64,000 nucleotides of DNA from NCBI GenBank assembly GCA_040757295.1, contig JBFLXH010000005.1, positions 7,014 to 71,013 on the forward strand, given 5' to 3'. Under the pieces are notes generated by a model that did no database searches, was not told where the DNA came from, and was given only the letters and a program-made list of their open reading frames with translations. The stretch comes from Bacillota bacterium. GTDB taxonomy: Bacteria > Bacillota > PH28-bin88. Shown in pieces: positions 8,926-18,909 of the stretch (its first letter is position 1; every line of letters begins with the position of its first letter). Made by a program: the position numbers and the translations under genes.

Positions 8926-10509
8926 CTACCCCGGAAGCGGGTTGGTTTTACCCCGCCGCAGTCTTTGGCGCAGCATAGCCAAAATCATGGCGGCTTCCTC
9001 CATTTTTAACGCTAAAGTTAGCCCGGCATAAACTGCGCCGCCAGCAGAAACGGCTAGAGCCACCTGGACAGCCTGATACAGTTTGTTGGTTAAGTCTAAC
9101 GTTTGTCCCAGATAGGATGCAATACCGTAGGCAACCAGCCCCATGGCTAAGGAGGCAAAAAGGCTTTTAGCAAAGGACGTAATGATCCGCCAGCCGTCAA
9201 CCCCGTGGATTTTGCGGCGCAGGATTACCAATAAGATCAGCATGTTAAAGCCGCCGGCAATGGAATAAGCCAAGGCAAGCCCTCCTTCAGCCATAGGCTT
9301 GATCAACAGAAAATTAAGAGCAATATTTAGCGCAATGGTTGCCACCCCTACGGTTACTGGTGTCCTGGTATCCTGCAGGGCGTAGTACACCCTGTTCAGC
9401 AATTGAATCGAAGCGTAGGCAGCCAATCCGAGGGAATAGAACACCAGTACATGGGCCGTCGCCCGGGTAGCCTCAGCAGTAAACATGCCTTGTTCAAATA
9501 AAAACCTTACTACCGGTACGCCAATAGCGATAAATCCAACTGCAGCCGGCAGGTTGACAAAGAGCACGGAACGCAAACTTAAAGAAACACTGCGGCGAAA
9601 TTGTTCCATTTCGCCCCGGGCGGCATTGCCAGTCAGAGTAGGGAATACAGCTACAGATACAGCAATGGCGAAAATGCCGATGGGCAGCATCATTAGCCGC
9701 TGTCCTGTCCGGAGAGCCGCTACGGCGCCTGGAGCAAGAGTGGACGCCAGATTTTGATTTACGAAGACATTTAATTGAATTACCGAAAGACCAATCAATA
9801 CCGGGAGCATTAAACGGGCAACCTTTTGCACACCGGGGTGTTTTAGATTAAAAGAAAAATGATAGCGCAGCCCTTTTCTTAAGAGTTGAGGAAGCTGGAC
9901 GCCGAAATTAGCCATTGCGCCCACTACCACACCAATAGAAAAACCGGCGATGCCGTACCATTTGGAAAGGATCAGACCAACCAGCACAATGCACAAATTA
10001 TATAACACCGCACCCAAGGCAGGAGGGAGAAATTGTTTGTAGGAGTTCAAGATCCCCATGGAAATGCCGCTTAAAGCCATAAAGATGACCTGGATGAACA
10101 TGATTCTGGTTAACTTTACAGTTAAATCCATGCTTTCGGGGGAAAAACCAGGCACCAGGAAATATACCAGCTGAGGGGTAAAAATGATGCCAAGTAAAAC
10201 CCCAAAAAACATTACGACCATGATCAGGTTAAAAAGAATACTTGCCATTTCCCAGGCCTCTTCTTCCTTCTCAGTGGCCAAATAGCCGGTAAAAACCGGA
10301 ATGAAAGAAGAGCTTAAAGCTCCGCCCACCAGCAGCAAGTATAAAAAATCAGGGATGGAAAAAGCCGCATTATAAACATCGGTGAGCCTGTTTTGGCCAA
10401 AACGGGCATAAATGACAACATCCCGGAGATACCCCAGGATGCGCGAGGCAATCATGGCTACCATAATAATTCCCACTGCCTTGACTACCCGTTTATCACC
10501 AGAAGTCAT
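8926..10509 (-). CDS. murJ: Lipid II flippase MurJ (MviN family, MOP superfamily)
   Basis: ILGYLRDVVIYARFG...DVYNAAFSIPDFLY...GGALSSSFIP matches the MurJ N-terminal signature. The start is taken as the ATG at 10507-10509 (MTSGDKR), 7 nt after AGGGGG. The longer ORF to 10560 lacks an RBS. Confidence 0.8.
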   Translation of the reverse strand: MTSGDKRVVKAVGIIMVAMIASRILGYLRDVVIYARFGQNRLTDVYNAAFSIPDFLYLLLVGGALSSSFIPVFTGYLATEKEEEAWEMASILFNLIMVVMFFGVLLGIIFTPQLVYFLVPGFSPESMDLTVKLTRIMFIQVIFMALSGISMGILNSYKQFLPPALGAVLYNLCIVLVGLILSKWYGIAGFSIGVVVGAMANFGVQLPQLLRKGLRYHFSFNLKHPGVQKVARLMLPVLIGLSVIQLNVFVNQNLASTLAPGAVAALRTGQRLMMLPIGIFAIAVSVAVFPTLTGNAARGEMEQFRRSVSLSLRSVLFVNLPAAVGFIAIGVPVVRFLFEQGMFTAEATRATAHVLVFYSLGLAAYASIQLLNRVYYALQDTRTPVTVGVATIALNIALNFLLIKPMAEGGLALAYSIAGGFNMLILLVILRRKIHGVDGWRIITSFAKSLFASLAMGLVAYGIASYLGQTLDLTNKLYQAVQVALAVSAGGAVYAGLTLALKMEEAAMILAMLRQRLRRGKTNPLPG

Positions 10510-10590
10510 ACCGCGGCCCCCTTTCTGACAATTTATCATACCATAATTATCCTCAGGCAAGCAATCGGTTTCGGCTACGGCGCCATACGG

Positions 10591-10959
10591 CTACTGGGCT
10601 CCCGCCCAGTAGTCGCGGGCGATGTTTTGGGCCTCTTCCAAGGTACGCTGTACCGCTTCCCTTAATGCAGCTGCTGCTTCATGCCCCCTGGTTTTAGCTT
10701 TACGTGCAATTCGAGCCGATTTGCCTACTGCCTCGCTTACCCGGGAATTGAGTCCCGTTAGCTTTTCCGCCTGCACCGGCAGAGGAAGGTTGGTACCTAT
10801 CAGTGTAATGGTTATTTCACCGGTAGCACCGGGGCCAATTTTGATTAACCCCGGATTCTCTATGCCAAGCATAATGTCTATTTTGTTGGAGGTGTAATTA
10901 AGGCCAAAAATAAACCCGAAAAGAACCAGCAATAGCAGTATCATTTTTGTCCACCTCAT
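10591..10959 (-). CDS. Small membrane-anchored protein (N-terminal TM, beta-rich middle, C-terminal helical), possibly YqxA-like given its position next to spoIIP
   Basis: 122-aa ORF with GAGGGG 5 nt before the ATG. The synteny (spoIIP-yqxA-lepA in Bacillus) is the only basis for the name. Confidence 0.45.
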   Translation of the reverse strand: MRWTKMILLLLVLFGFIFGLNYTSNKIDIMLGIENPGLIKIGPGATGEITITLIGTNLPLPVQAEKLTGLNSRVSEAVGKSARIARKAKTRGHEAAAALREAVQRTLEEAQNIARDYWAGAQ

Positions 10960-11122
10960 GTTATCCCCTCACGCACTAATGTCACTTATATACCTTGTCC
11001 TTTTTTTGCCAAATTAATACCCCAGGATTACTGGGGGAAGCAAAAAAGGGAGAGGTCCTCTCTCCCAGGATGTTGGCGATTCTTATTCGGCTGGCCTTTG
11101 TTACAGTCTTTGGCGGCCAGTT

Positions 11123-12271
11123 TCAGTTGCCGGGTTTGATTCCCATATCCCGCAGGACTTCAGCCACTACATGGGCCACCAATTCAGCGGCTCTTTTGGC
11201 TTCCTCCAAAGAATTTCTGGTACTGCCAATTTCCAGCAGCACAGCCCTTTGATGCAAGTGTTGATTATAACGGCCGTCCTGAATCCGGACCCCTTTAGAC
11301 AGTCCGGGATAAAGGGCTTCCACCTTGGCGGCCAACCGCTGAGCAAACTTAAGGTTCTGTCTCCAGGCAGGGTGATCCAAACGCTTGTCGCTTCCAACAA
11401 TTAGCAGGACTCTTGCTGTTTCTTTTCCATTAATTACGACGGATTCCTTTTGCTTTAACCCGGCATCCCGGTGGATATCCAGCACAACCTGAATGCCAGG
11501 GTTAGCCGAAATAAGTTCCTTGATTGTTTGCTCAGAATTAGTATAGGACTTAGCCCAGTTGGGATAATCATGGATTTTTTCAGAACGGGCCGTTTTTATC
11601 CCGTACTTGCCAGATAATACATCAGCCAGAGTTTCCGCCACTTTAACTACCCCACCGTTTTTCCCTTCTAGCTTCTCTTTACCGTCTGTTGGCACGTAGG
11701 TTTCAGCATTGTGGGTGTTATAAATGGCTACTAAGGCAGACCCGCTGGGTACCACTGGCGGTGGTTCCGGCTGAGCAGCCTCTTCCTCAGGCGGCAGTTC
11801 AACCAACTGGCCGCTTTGGGCCTCTGCCCCCTCATCTTCCACATACCTAGCCACTACAGGCGCAGCAGCTACCGGAACTACGTCAAGGACTGCCAGTTGC
11901 GAAGCCAAAAAACTTCTAGGGTCAAATACATCCACTTGTGCCAAGGTCTTGACGGTAGACTGCAGAAGGTCTCCTGGCTGCCTTTCGATGCTGGCTATTT
12001 CCCCTGCTACGGCAACGACAAGCATACCCTGCCGCAGGACCCCTTTCAGTGTTTCTACACTTACTCCGGTCAACAAACGGATCAGGTGACTATCCTGCTG
12101 TTCAGCTGCCACTGGCTGCCTATCTACCCCACCGGTTCCGGGTGAACCCCAAAAAAAGCTGACAAACAAAAAGATTACCGCCCCAAACACAATAATAAGT
12201 ACCGGAATGGGGCTGATCCAAAAATGAAAAGGGCGGTAGGCCTTTCTGCCTGCCCAACGCAGTCCTGACAA
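11123..12271 (-). CDS. spoIIP: Stage II sporulation protein P (SpoIIP, cell-wall amidase/endopeptidase)
   Basis: C-terminal domain VAIYNTHNAETYVP ... VVLDIHRDAG. The start is proposed at the TTG (12269-12271, MSGLRWAGRKAYRPF + TM), 7 nt after GGGGGG. The ORF-track start at 12367 has no RBS and would add an implausible N-terminus. Confidence 0.75.
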   Translation of the reverse strand: MSGLRWAGRKAYRPFHFWISPIPVLIIVFGAVIFLFVSFFWGSPGTGGVDRQPVAAEQQDSHLIRLLTGVSVETLKGVLRQGMLVVAVAGEIASIERQPGDLLQSTVKTLAQVDVFDPRSFLASQLAVLDVVPVAAAPVVARYVEDEGAEAQSGQLVELPPEEEAAQPEPPPVVPSGSALVAIYNTHNAETYVPTDGKEKLEGKNGGVVKVAETLADVLSGKYGIKTARSEKIHDYPNWAKSYTNSEQTIKELISANPGIQVVLDIHRDAGLKQKESVVINGKETARVLLIVGSDKRLDHPAWRQNLKFAQRLAAKVEALYPGLSKGVRIQDGRYNQHLHQRAVLLEIGSTRNSLEEAKRAAELVAHVVAEVLRDMGIKPGN

Positions 12272-12354
12272 TGGTAGTCCCCCCTTTGTGGTTACATCCC
12301 ATTTTATGCCCCGGACTACCAGGTTATGACCAAAATGAGGACAAGCCGCTAGGG

Positions 12355-12405
12355 AGAAAAAAAACAAACAGGCCGGGATATACCCCGATCCTGTTTGCGG
12401 CCTGT
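12355..12405 (-). terminator. Intrinsic terminator after the DUF360 gene (CAGGCCG ... CGGCCUG stem + U-rich tail)
   Basis: Minus-strand hairpin followed by UUUGUUUUUUUCUCCC. Confidence 0.5.
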
Positions 12406-12415
12406 TAAAACTTCC

Positions 12416-12745
12416 TTACCGCAGCTCTGTCGGGACAAAGATATCAATTACCCCGATTACCAGAGCGGCCAATAAGGCCCCCAGGATGTTCACAGTTAAA
12501 AACTGCGGCACAATAAACTGGGCCAAGTAGATAACGACTGCTGCGGTAACGAATCCGATAATTCCCCGGTTCTGGGGAGACACTTTTTTCCCCAAAAGGC
12601 TCTCCGCTATAAAACCTAAAACAGCAATAACGATTGCGGCTATTAGAGCCCCTGTAAAGCCTGCTACTCGAATACCTGGCAGAAGCCAACCGACCAACAT
12701 CAGGACCAGCGCTGACACAACAAAACGAACCGCTGCACCAATCAT
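12416..12745 (-). CDS. DUF360 / phage-holin-4_2 family small membrane protein (YvlD-like)
   Basis: Four predicted TM segments with LPGIRVAGFTGALIAA ... motifs. The ATG at 12743-12745 lies 7 nt after AGGAGGTG; the ORF track's 12775 start has none. Confidence 0.65.
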   Translation of the reverse strand: MIGAAVRFVVSALVLMLVGWLLPGIRVAGFTGALIAAIVIAVLGFIAESLLGKKVSPQNRGIIGFVTAAVVIYLAQFIVPQFLTVNILGALLAALVIGVIDIFVPTELR

Positions 12746-12937
12746 TTTTTTCACCTCCTTTTTCCTGTTAACCATAGGATTACCTGCGGCTAAGCCTGTT
12801 ATACGTGGTCTTTGCTCCCTGAAAGCCGGCGGCCAACTTATTTGTTCTATTGCCTTTTATCCCTTCCCATGGTAGAATAAATGCTGTTAACTGTGGTTAA
12901 AAGATGTGAATCCTTTCCCAAAAGGAGGTGACCATTC

Positions 12938-13189
12938 TTGGCAAATATTAAATCCGCAGAGAAACGGGTTGAGATAAATCGCCGCAATGCCCTGCGCAAT
13001 GCTGCGATTAAATCCCAGGTTAAAACGGCTGTGAAGAAGTTCGAAGCCAACGTTAATGATGTAAACCTAGTCAATGCCGTCAAAAATATTGATAAGGCCG
13101 TCACGAAAGGCGTATTGCATAAAAATACCGCCGCCAACAAAAAATCTAAGCTACAAAAGAAATACAACGCCGTAGCAGGCTTGCAGTAA
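12938..13189 (+). CDS. rpsT: 30S ribosomal protein S20
   Basis: MANIKSAEKR ... S20 family. TTG start 6 nt after AAAGGAGGTGA. Confidence 0.9.
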   Translation: MANIKSAEKRVEINRRNALRNAAIKSQVKTAVKKFEANVNDVNLVNAVKNIDKAVTKGVLHKNTAANKKSKLQKKYNAVAGLQ

Positions 13190-13196
13190 AACAGTT

Positions 13197-13240
13197 AAGT
13201 CCCGGGTATGTTTCCAAACCAGGGACTTATTGTTTTTCTC
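13197..13240 (+). terminator. Bidirectional intrinsic terminator between rpsT (+) and holA (-)
   Basis: AAGTCCCGG ... CCAGGGACTT hairpin followed by ATTGTTTTTCTC. It overlaps the holA stop. Confidence 0.5.
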
Positions 13241-14213
13241 TATCAATAACCAACCGCAGCAAGGCCATCTCCAGCAGCAAATGGGGCGGGCCTTTTCCGC
13301 TTTTTAAAGCCACATCTAGCCGCAAAAAATCCTGTAAAATCTTTTTTAATTGTTGATGAGAAAAGTTCTTGGCTTGAGCTACAGCTTTTTGAGCCACATA
13401 AGGGTGTACTTGCAATATACTGGCCAGGTTTTCTGCTTTGGCGGATTTAGCAGCCAGCATTAACCGGAACTGCCGCGCCAGCATCAACGCAATTGGCACC
13501 GGCTGTTCTCCAAGTGTAAACATTTCACGGAGAAGTCTGATTCCTTGTCCAATCCGCTTTTCAGCAACAGCGTCAACCAATTGAAAAATCCCAGCCTCCT
13601 GTGTCACTCCGGTGATTGACTGAACAACCGGCAAGGTAATCCGAGATTCCTCCCCCAAGTAATCGCTAATTTTGGCTATCTCGGCAGCCAGTAAAGACAA
13701 ATTGTTTCCTCCACAAGCAATCAGGTAATCTAAGGCTTGATTATCAAAAGTTTTCCCCCGGCTTGCCGCCTCCCGGTGCAGCCAATCTTGCAGCGCTTTC
13801 CCTTTTAGCGGAGCAAATTCCATTACTAAACCGCTCTTTTCCACTGCTTTATAAACCTTCCGCCGGGTATCCACCTTGCCCAAAGCCACCAAGACCAGGC
13901 AAGTCTGGGGATTGGGATCAGCAAGATATGCCAGCAGACGGTGGTTTTGGGCGCCCAGCTCGGTCTCTCCGGTTTCCTCTTGGGAGGGCCTGCTTTGAAA
14001 AAGGGATGTATTTTTTACCACCACCATCTTCCGGTCCCCCCAAAATGGCACGGTGTTGGCGGCATTTACTATTTCCTCCGAAGAAATCTCTTTCCCGTCC
14101 AGCAGTTCAAAGTTCCATTCGTCTGTATCCGGCAAAAAGCAATTGCGAAGGGAATTCAGGGCCTGTTTAATAAGGTATTGTTCTTCACCGTAAAGGAGGT
14201 AGACCGGAGACAT
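13227..14213 (-). CDS. holA: DNA polymerase III delta subunit (HolA)
   Basis: PVYLLYGEEQYL ... delta-subunit N-terminus. The start is chosen at the ATG 14211-14213 (MSPVYLLYG). The ORF track extends to 14369 but without an RBS, so the start is uncertain. Confidence 0.7.
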   Translation of the reverse strand: MSPVYLLYGEEQYLIKQALNSLRNCFLPDTDEWNFELLDGKEISSEEIVNAANTVPFWGDRKMVVVKNTSLFQSRPSQEETGETELGAQNHRLLAYLADPNPQTCLVLVALGKVDTRRKVYKAVEKSGLVMEFAPLKGKALQDWLHREAASRGKTFDNQALDYLIACGGNNLSLLAAEIAKISDYLGEESRITLPVVQSITGVTQEAGIFQLVDAVAEKRIGQGIRLLREMFTLGEQPVPIALMLARQFRLMLAAKSAKAENLASILQVHPYVAQKAVAQAKNFSHQQLKKILQDFLRLDVALKSGKGPPHLLLEMALLRLVIDREKQ

Positions 14214-14427
14214 TTTTCCCGAGGTTTCCCATGGGAAAACCGGCAAACCTGAAACCTTAGCCCTGCTTTGACTATTTATTACCATTTCTTCACCACCTAC
14301 TTCGCTATAACAAGTTCTAGCCATCTTTAATAAGTCCTCTTTATCTTTAAGTGAATCCTGCATGAACAAAAACAGTTAAACAGATAATATGAAATGCTTG
14401 AATTATGATTTTGAAGGGAAAGCTTAC

Positions 14428-15483
14428 ATGACAGAACCGGTAAAAACCATTATCGGCCCACGCCGCAGTCCCAGGCTTTTTGGAGGAAGGGATCTGGGTA
14501 TTGACCTTGGCACAGCAACCACCCTGGTATTCGCAAAAGGCAGGGGCATCATCCTGCGGGAGCCCTCGGTAGTGGCTATTGATGTTCATACGAACCAGAT
14601 CGTAGCCATCGGGCAAAAAGCGTGGGCCATGATCGGCCGCACCCCCGGCCGCATTAGAGCAATTCGTCCTTTGCAAAATGGAGTAATAACCGATTTTGAA
14701 ACAACCAAACTGATGGTATCCTCATTTATAAAAAGATGTCTCCCTATTTCCTTAGGAAAACCGAAGATAGTAATCAGCGTTCCCTTCGGCAGCACCCAGG
14801 TAGAACGAAGGGCCGTGTTTGAGGCCGCCCGCCAAGGGGGAGGCAAGGAGGTTTTGTTAGTAGAAGAGCCCCTGGCTGCAGCTATCGGAGCAGGCCTGCC
14901 TGTAGCCGAAGCGGTAGGGAGCATGGTTGTTAATATCGGGGGAGGCACAACCGAGGTAGCAGTTATTGCCTTAGGGGGGATCGTAAAGGGTGTCTCTTTA
15001 CGAAGCGCTGGTGATACCCTAACGCAAAGCATCCAAGCTTACATGAGAAGAAACTACCGGCTGGAGATTGGGGAACCTACCGCTGAAGCCATTAAGATAG
15101 AAGAAGGCTACGCCTTCAACCCTCCTGCCGATAAAATTATCCCGATTAAGGGAATCTACCTGCCTACGGGGATGCCGAAAGCTGTTCATGTTAAATCTTC
15201 AGAAATCACGGCTGCAATGGAAGAACCGCTGGCCACTATTCTTGCCGGTATCAGGCGGGTATTTGAACAGGCCCCGCCCCAGTTGGCCTCCGACATTATT
15301 GACACTGGTATTACCCTCACTGGCGGCGGAGCACTCCTTAAGAATATCGATGGCTTAATTGCCAAACAACTGGGGCTGCCGGTACAGGTGGCCACGGAAC
15401 CTCAGGAATGCGTCGCCCTTGGTACAGGCCAAATCCTGCAGCAAACCGGGAACCTAAACCGGGTTGCACTTTACCGGCTGTAA
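14428..15483 (+). CDS. Actin-like rod-shape protein MreB/Mbl family
   Basis: LFGGRDLGIDLGTATTLVFAKGRGIILREPSVVAI is the MreB signature. The ATG at 14428 lies 6 nt after GAAGGGAAAG. Confidence 0.8.
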   Translation: MTEPVKTIIGPRRSPRLFGGRDLGIDLGTATTLVFAKGRGIILREPSVVAIDVHTNQIVAIGQKAWAMIGRTPGRIRAIRPLQNGVITDFETTKLMVSSFIKRCLPISLGKPKIVISVPFGSTQVERRAVFEAARQGGGKEVLLVEEPLAAAIGAGLPVAEAVGSMVVNIGGGTTEVAVIALGGIVKGVSLRSAGDTLTQSIQAYMRRNYRLEIGEPTAEAIKIEEGYAFNPPADKIIPIKGIYLPTGMPKAVHVKSSEITAAMEEPLATILAGIRRVFEQAPPQLASDIIDTGITLTGGGALLKNIDGLIAKQLGLPVQVATEPQECVALGTGQILQQTGNLNRVALYRL

Positions 15484-15586
15484 ACATTTACTCCGATCAT
15501 GGCATGACCGCACATAACCGCGATCTCCAGAATTTCCTGGGGAGGCAGCTTTTCCGTCTTACCCCAGCGGCCCAAGCGTCTATTGG

Positions 15587-16615
15587 CTATTGTCGCTTCC
15601 TTTTGGCAGCAAGGCGAATAGCCACCTGAAAAGCTTCTTTCGTGGCCAGTTCATTCGCCTGGCCTTTCCCTGCCAGCTCGAAACTGCTGCCGTGGGCCGG
15701 CGTAACTGCCACCAAAGGCAAACCGGCGCAAATGGTTACTGTCTTGCTAAACCCCAACAGTTTAGCGCCGATTTGGCCCTGATCGTGGTACATGGCCAAA
15801 ATCCCGTTTCCCTGCCTTCGGAGGTAGCGCAAAAATATAGTGTCAGACGGATAAGGACCGCTGGCAAAAATCCCGTTATTCTGAGCCTGGGCAATCACAG
15901 GAACGATTATTTCTTCTTCTTCCGTCCCGAATAGGCCTCCATCGCCGGCATGAGGGTTAAGAGCAGCTACAAGTATTCTTGGAGACTTCGTTCCATAAGA
16001 AGTTATGGTTTGAGCCAGCAACTGCAGGGCGTTTAATATGCTGTCTTGGGTGACATGATGAGCGACATCCTTTATGGCCACATGGGATGTTACCCTGCCC
16101 AGCCACAACCTGCCCATTTTATTTATCTCGCCAAAAACCGCGCCGGCTGGCATTTTCGCCAGATGGGCCAGATAGTGAAGCTCATCGGTAACATCATAAC
16201 CCCCTAGATGTAACGCTGCTTTTGTCAACGGGCCATAGACTATCCCATCAGCAACGCCGTTCTGCACCAGATTAACCCCCCTGGCCAAATCCTGACCCAT
16301 TGCCCGGCCGGTTTCTTCGGAGACTTGCCCAATGGCAAAATCCCCTGGAGCTAAATTATTTTGCTCCAGCACATAGACCTTTCCAGGCTGATGATGGATT
16401 TCTTTCTCGTTTTCACAGACTTGAAATTCAGGTCCCCGGCCGGCAACCTCAATTCCTTTTCTTACAATACGCTGGTCCCCCACAACAACAAAGCAAGCCC
16501 GCCGGCGGAGTCTTTCGACCGCTAAAGCTTTCGCGATCACTTCCGGGCCGATACCTGCCGCATCGCCTAGAATGACGGCCAGGGTAGGAAACTGTTTCTT
16601 TCTTTTGGAGTCCAT
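15587..16615 (-). CDS. PdxA-family NAD-dependent 4-hydroxythreonine-4-phosphate / D-threonate-4-phosphate dehydrogenase
   Basis: AVILGDAAGIGPEV, LNPHAGDGG and HDQGQI motifs. GAGGGGGG 8 nt before the ATG. Confidence 0.75.
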   Translation of the reverse strand: MDSKRKKQFPTLAVILGDAAGIGPEVIAKALAVERLRRRACFVVVGDQRIVRKGIEVAGRGPEFQVCENEKEIHHQPGKVYVLEQNNLAPGDFAIGQVSEETGRAMGQDLARGVNLVQNGVADGIVYGPLTKAALHLGGYDVTDELHYLAHLAKMPAGAVFGEINKMGRLWLGRVTSHVAIKDVAHHVTQDSILNALQLLAQTITSYGTKSPRILVAALNPHAGDGGLFGTEEEEIIVPVIAQAQNNGIFASGPYPSDTIFLRYLRRQGNGILAMYHDQGQIGAKLLGFSKTVTICAGLPLVAVTPAHGSSFELAGKGQANELATKEAFQVAIRLAAKRKRQ

Positions 16616-16749
16616 TGCTGGATCCCCCCTCAGATAGCAGCGTAACGAAAATATTATGTTAACTTAGGGTCTTGACATAATACCGCTGCTCTCATTCTTA
16701 AATTATTATTGGAATATTGATCTTGGTCGGAGCTGGCATACTAATGATA

Positions 16750-17763
16750 TTAGCCCGAGAAATGACTATAACCCCTTGGCTCCAGGGGACGACGGTTGCC
16801 GGAGGGGTCGATTAACGTAACCCCTTTCTCCTTGGGCAAAACCCGCCCAATGATATGAAATGGAGTGTTACAGGCAGCCAGGGCTCCCCGGACAGCTTCC
16901 AACCTATCAGCTGAAAAAGCAAACAAGAGCTCATAGTCCTCGCCTCCCTCCAGGACCCAACCTAACAGGTCAACGCCCAGCAAACGAGCAACAGCCTGGG
17001 TTGCTTCCCCTACTGGCAAGCGGCCAAGCTCAATTTCTATCCCTACGGCGCTTTGGGCTGCTATGTGGTTGACCTCGCTGGCCAACCCATCGCTAATATC
17101 TATCATTGCCGAGACGGCTCCACTGGCGGCAAGAGCCTGTCCTGCCGCCACCCTAGGTGCCGGAGCCAGATGGGCAGCGACAACTTCGGCTTCATACCCA
17201 GAAGGCAGCCCGCCGGGAACAGGACCGGCCTTTTTGGCCTTCAGCCAGCCCAGGCCAGCCGCCGAAGCCCCTAACTGGCCGGTAACCCCTACCAACTGGC
17301 CCGGACGAGCTCCGCCTCTGGTCACCGGATAATCAGCTTCTCCGATAACAACAACATCGATCACCACTCCCCCGGGGGATCGCACCGTATCACCACCAAC
17401 TAGGCTTGCGCCGGAGGAGTGGGCCATTTGGACCATACCCTGATAAAGCTCTTCAACCTCCTTGTCACTGGTCAGGTCAGTTGCCCCTAAGGATACCAGC
17501 ACATACCTTGGGCGTCCCCCCATGGCGGCAATGTCGCTGATATTCACTGCCAGGGCTTTTGCCCCTAACTGAAAGGGGTTAATAAAAGAAAGATCAAAAT
17601 GCACTCCTTCTACCAGCATGTCCATGGTAACCAGCATCCGCCCCTGAGGTGGCTGCAGTACCGCCGCGTCATCGCCAATTCCCAGTTCAACCCCAGGACC
17701 GGCAGCCCCTACGATCTGTTTAATCCGGCCAATTAGCCCAAATTCTCCGCCTGCAAAAGGCAA
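16750..17763 (-). CDS. thiL: Thiamine-monophosphate kinase (ThiL) family
   Basis: EFGLIGRI ... GIGDDAAV ... NISDIAAMGG motifs. TTG start 7 nt after GGAGG. Confidence 0.7.
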   Translation of the reverse strand: MPFAGGEFGLIGRIKQIVGAAGPGVELGIGDDAAVLQPPQGRMLVTMDMLVEGVHFDLSFINPFQLGAKALAVNISDIAAMGGRPRYVLVSLGATDLTSDKEVEELYQGMVQMAHSSGASLVGGDTVRSPGGVVIDVVVIGEADYPVTRGGARPGQLVGVTGQLGASAAGLGWLKAKKAGPVPGGLPSGYEAEVVAAHLAPAPRVAAGQALAASGAVSAMIDISDGLASEVNHIAAQSAVGIEIELGRLPVGEATQAVARLLGVDLLGWVLEGGEDYELLFAFSADRLEAVRGALAACNTPFHIIGRVLPKEKGVTLIDPSGNRRPLEPRGYSHFSG

Positions 17764-17861
17764 GGCAATTCCTCCGTTCCTTTGTTAGGTAACATGTCTA
17801 CTGTTAATATTATCCCGAGGCTTCGCCTAATAGCAAGCCGCAGTTATTCAACTGGGTCTTG

Positions 17862-17983
17862 GCTTCAGCGGGGGATTGCTTCCCCCGCTGAGCTTAGAGC
17901 CAGTTAATACAGTGGCGTAGCCGCTCTTATCCCGCCGCTTGGAGAAGCGGGGGTATTAGAGCGGGTAGCCATCTGTGATAAAA
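17862..17983. repeat. GC-rich palindromic repeat units shared with 39036-39455 (second repeat family)
   Basis: 17862-17935 is the reverse complement of 39368-39455 (CTTCAGCGGGGG ... CCCCCGCTGA(A)GCTTAGAGCCAGTTAATACA ... GCGTAGCCGCTCTTA). 17956-17983 matches the reverse complement of 39036-39063. Confidence 0.5.
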
Positions 17984-18028
17984 AGCCGGGTTTTCCTAAA
18001 GCCTGAGGAATTGATCCGAGACAAACCC

Positions 18029-18847
18029 TTATGTATAGAGCCCAGCCAGGTGATTTGTAGGGCGGTAGCCCTTACCCACAACAGGCGCCTCCGCAATGGC
18101 ACGATTGATAAAGGCCTTTGCTTTTTGCAGGGCCGGCAAAACCTCCAGGCCTTTGGCAAGATAAGCGGCAATGGCAGCAGAGAAAGTACACCCGGTGCCG
18201 TGGGGCGTATAGGGGAACCTCATTCCCTTTAATTCAAAGTACTCTTCCCCATTAAAAGCCAAGTCTATGGCTTCCCCAGAAAGGTGCCCTCCTTTAACCA
18301 CCACCCATTCAGGGCCTAATTGATGCAAAAGCTTGGCAGCCAGGCGCATTTCTGGAAGACTCTTAATCTCCCTGTTTAATACTGCTCCTGCTTCATGTAA
18401 ATTGGGGGTGATTACCTTGGCCAGCGGGAATAAACGGTTAATTAGTGCGTCTCTGGCACCCGGAAGAAGCAGGTGGTGGCCGCTTTTGGCAACCATAACG
18501 GGGTCAACCACCAGGTTAGGTACCTGGTAAACAGCTATCACTTCAGCTACAGCACGGATAATTGCCTCATCTCCCAACATGCCTGTTTTTGCTGCATGGG
18601 TACCGATGTCGGAAAGCACGGCTTTCATTTGAGCTCGGACCATATCCGGGGGCAACAGCTGCACCGCCTCAACCCCTAGGGTATTTTGGGCGGTAATTGC
18701 AGTCAGGACACTGGTACCGAAGGCGCCTAAAACAGTAAAGGTCTTTAAATCTGCCTGGATACCGGCCCCCCCTCCACTATCAGAACCTGCAATGGTCATT
18801 ACCTTGGGGTACCTCGGGTTACTCTCCTGGTTTTGCACCTGTTCCAT
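18029..18847 (-). CDS. thiD: Hydroxymethylpyrimidine/phosphomethylpyrimidine kinase (ThiD/PdxK family)
   Basis: [20 protein letters not shown] motif. ATG at 18845-18847 lies 9 nt after GGAGGTG. Confidence 0.75.
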   Translation of the reverse strand: MEQVQNQESNPRYPKVMTIAGSDSGGGAGIQADLKTFTVLGAFGTSVLTAITAQNTLGVEAVQLLPPDMVRAQMKAVLSDIGTHAAKTGMLGDEAIIRAVAEVIAVYQVPNLVVDPVMVAKSGHHLLLPGARDALINRLFPLAKVITPNLHEAGAVLNREIKSLPEMRLAAKLLHQLGPEWVVVKGGHLSGEAIDLAFNGEEYFELKGMRFPYTPHGTGCTFSAAIAAYLAKGLEVLPALQKAKAFINRAIAEAPVVGKGYRPTNHLAGLYT

Positions 18848-18873
18848 AAACTTGACCACCTCCAAATCACATC

Positions 18874-18909
18874 AAAAAAAATAAATGCCGTAAGCCTTTA
18901 AGGTTACGG
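18874..18909 (-). terminator. Attenuator-like hairpin with U-tracts on both sides, 30 nt upstream of the thiD-like start
   Basis: Minus strand reads GAUUUUUUUUGAA-CCGUAACC-UUAAA-GGCUUACGG-CAUUUAUUUUUUUU. Confidence 0.45.
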
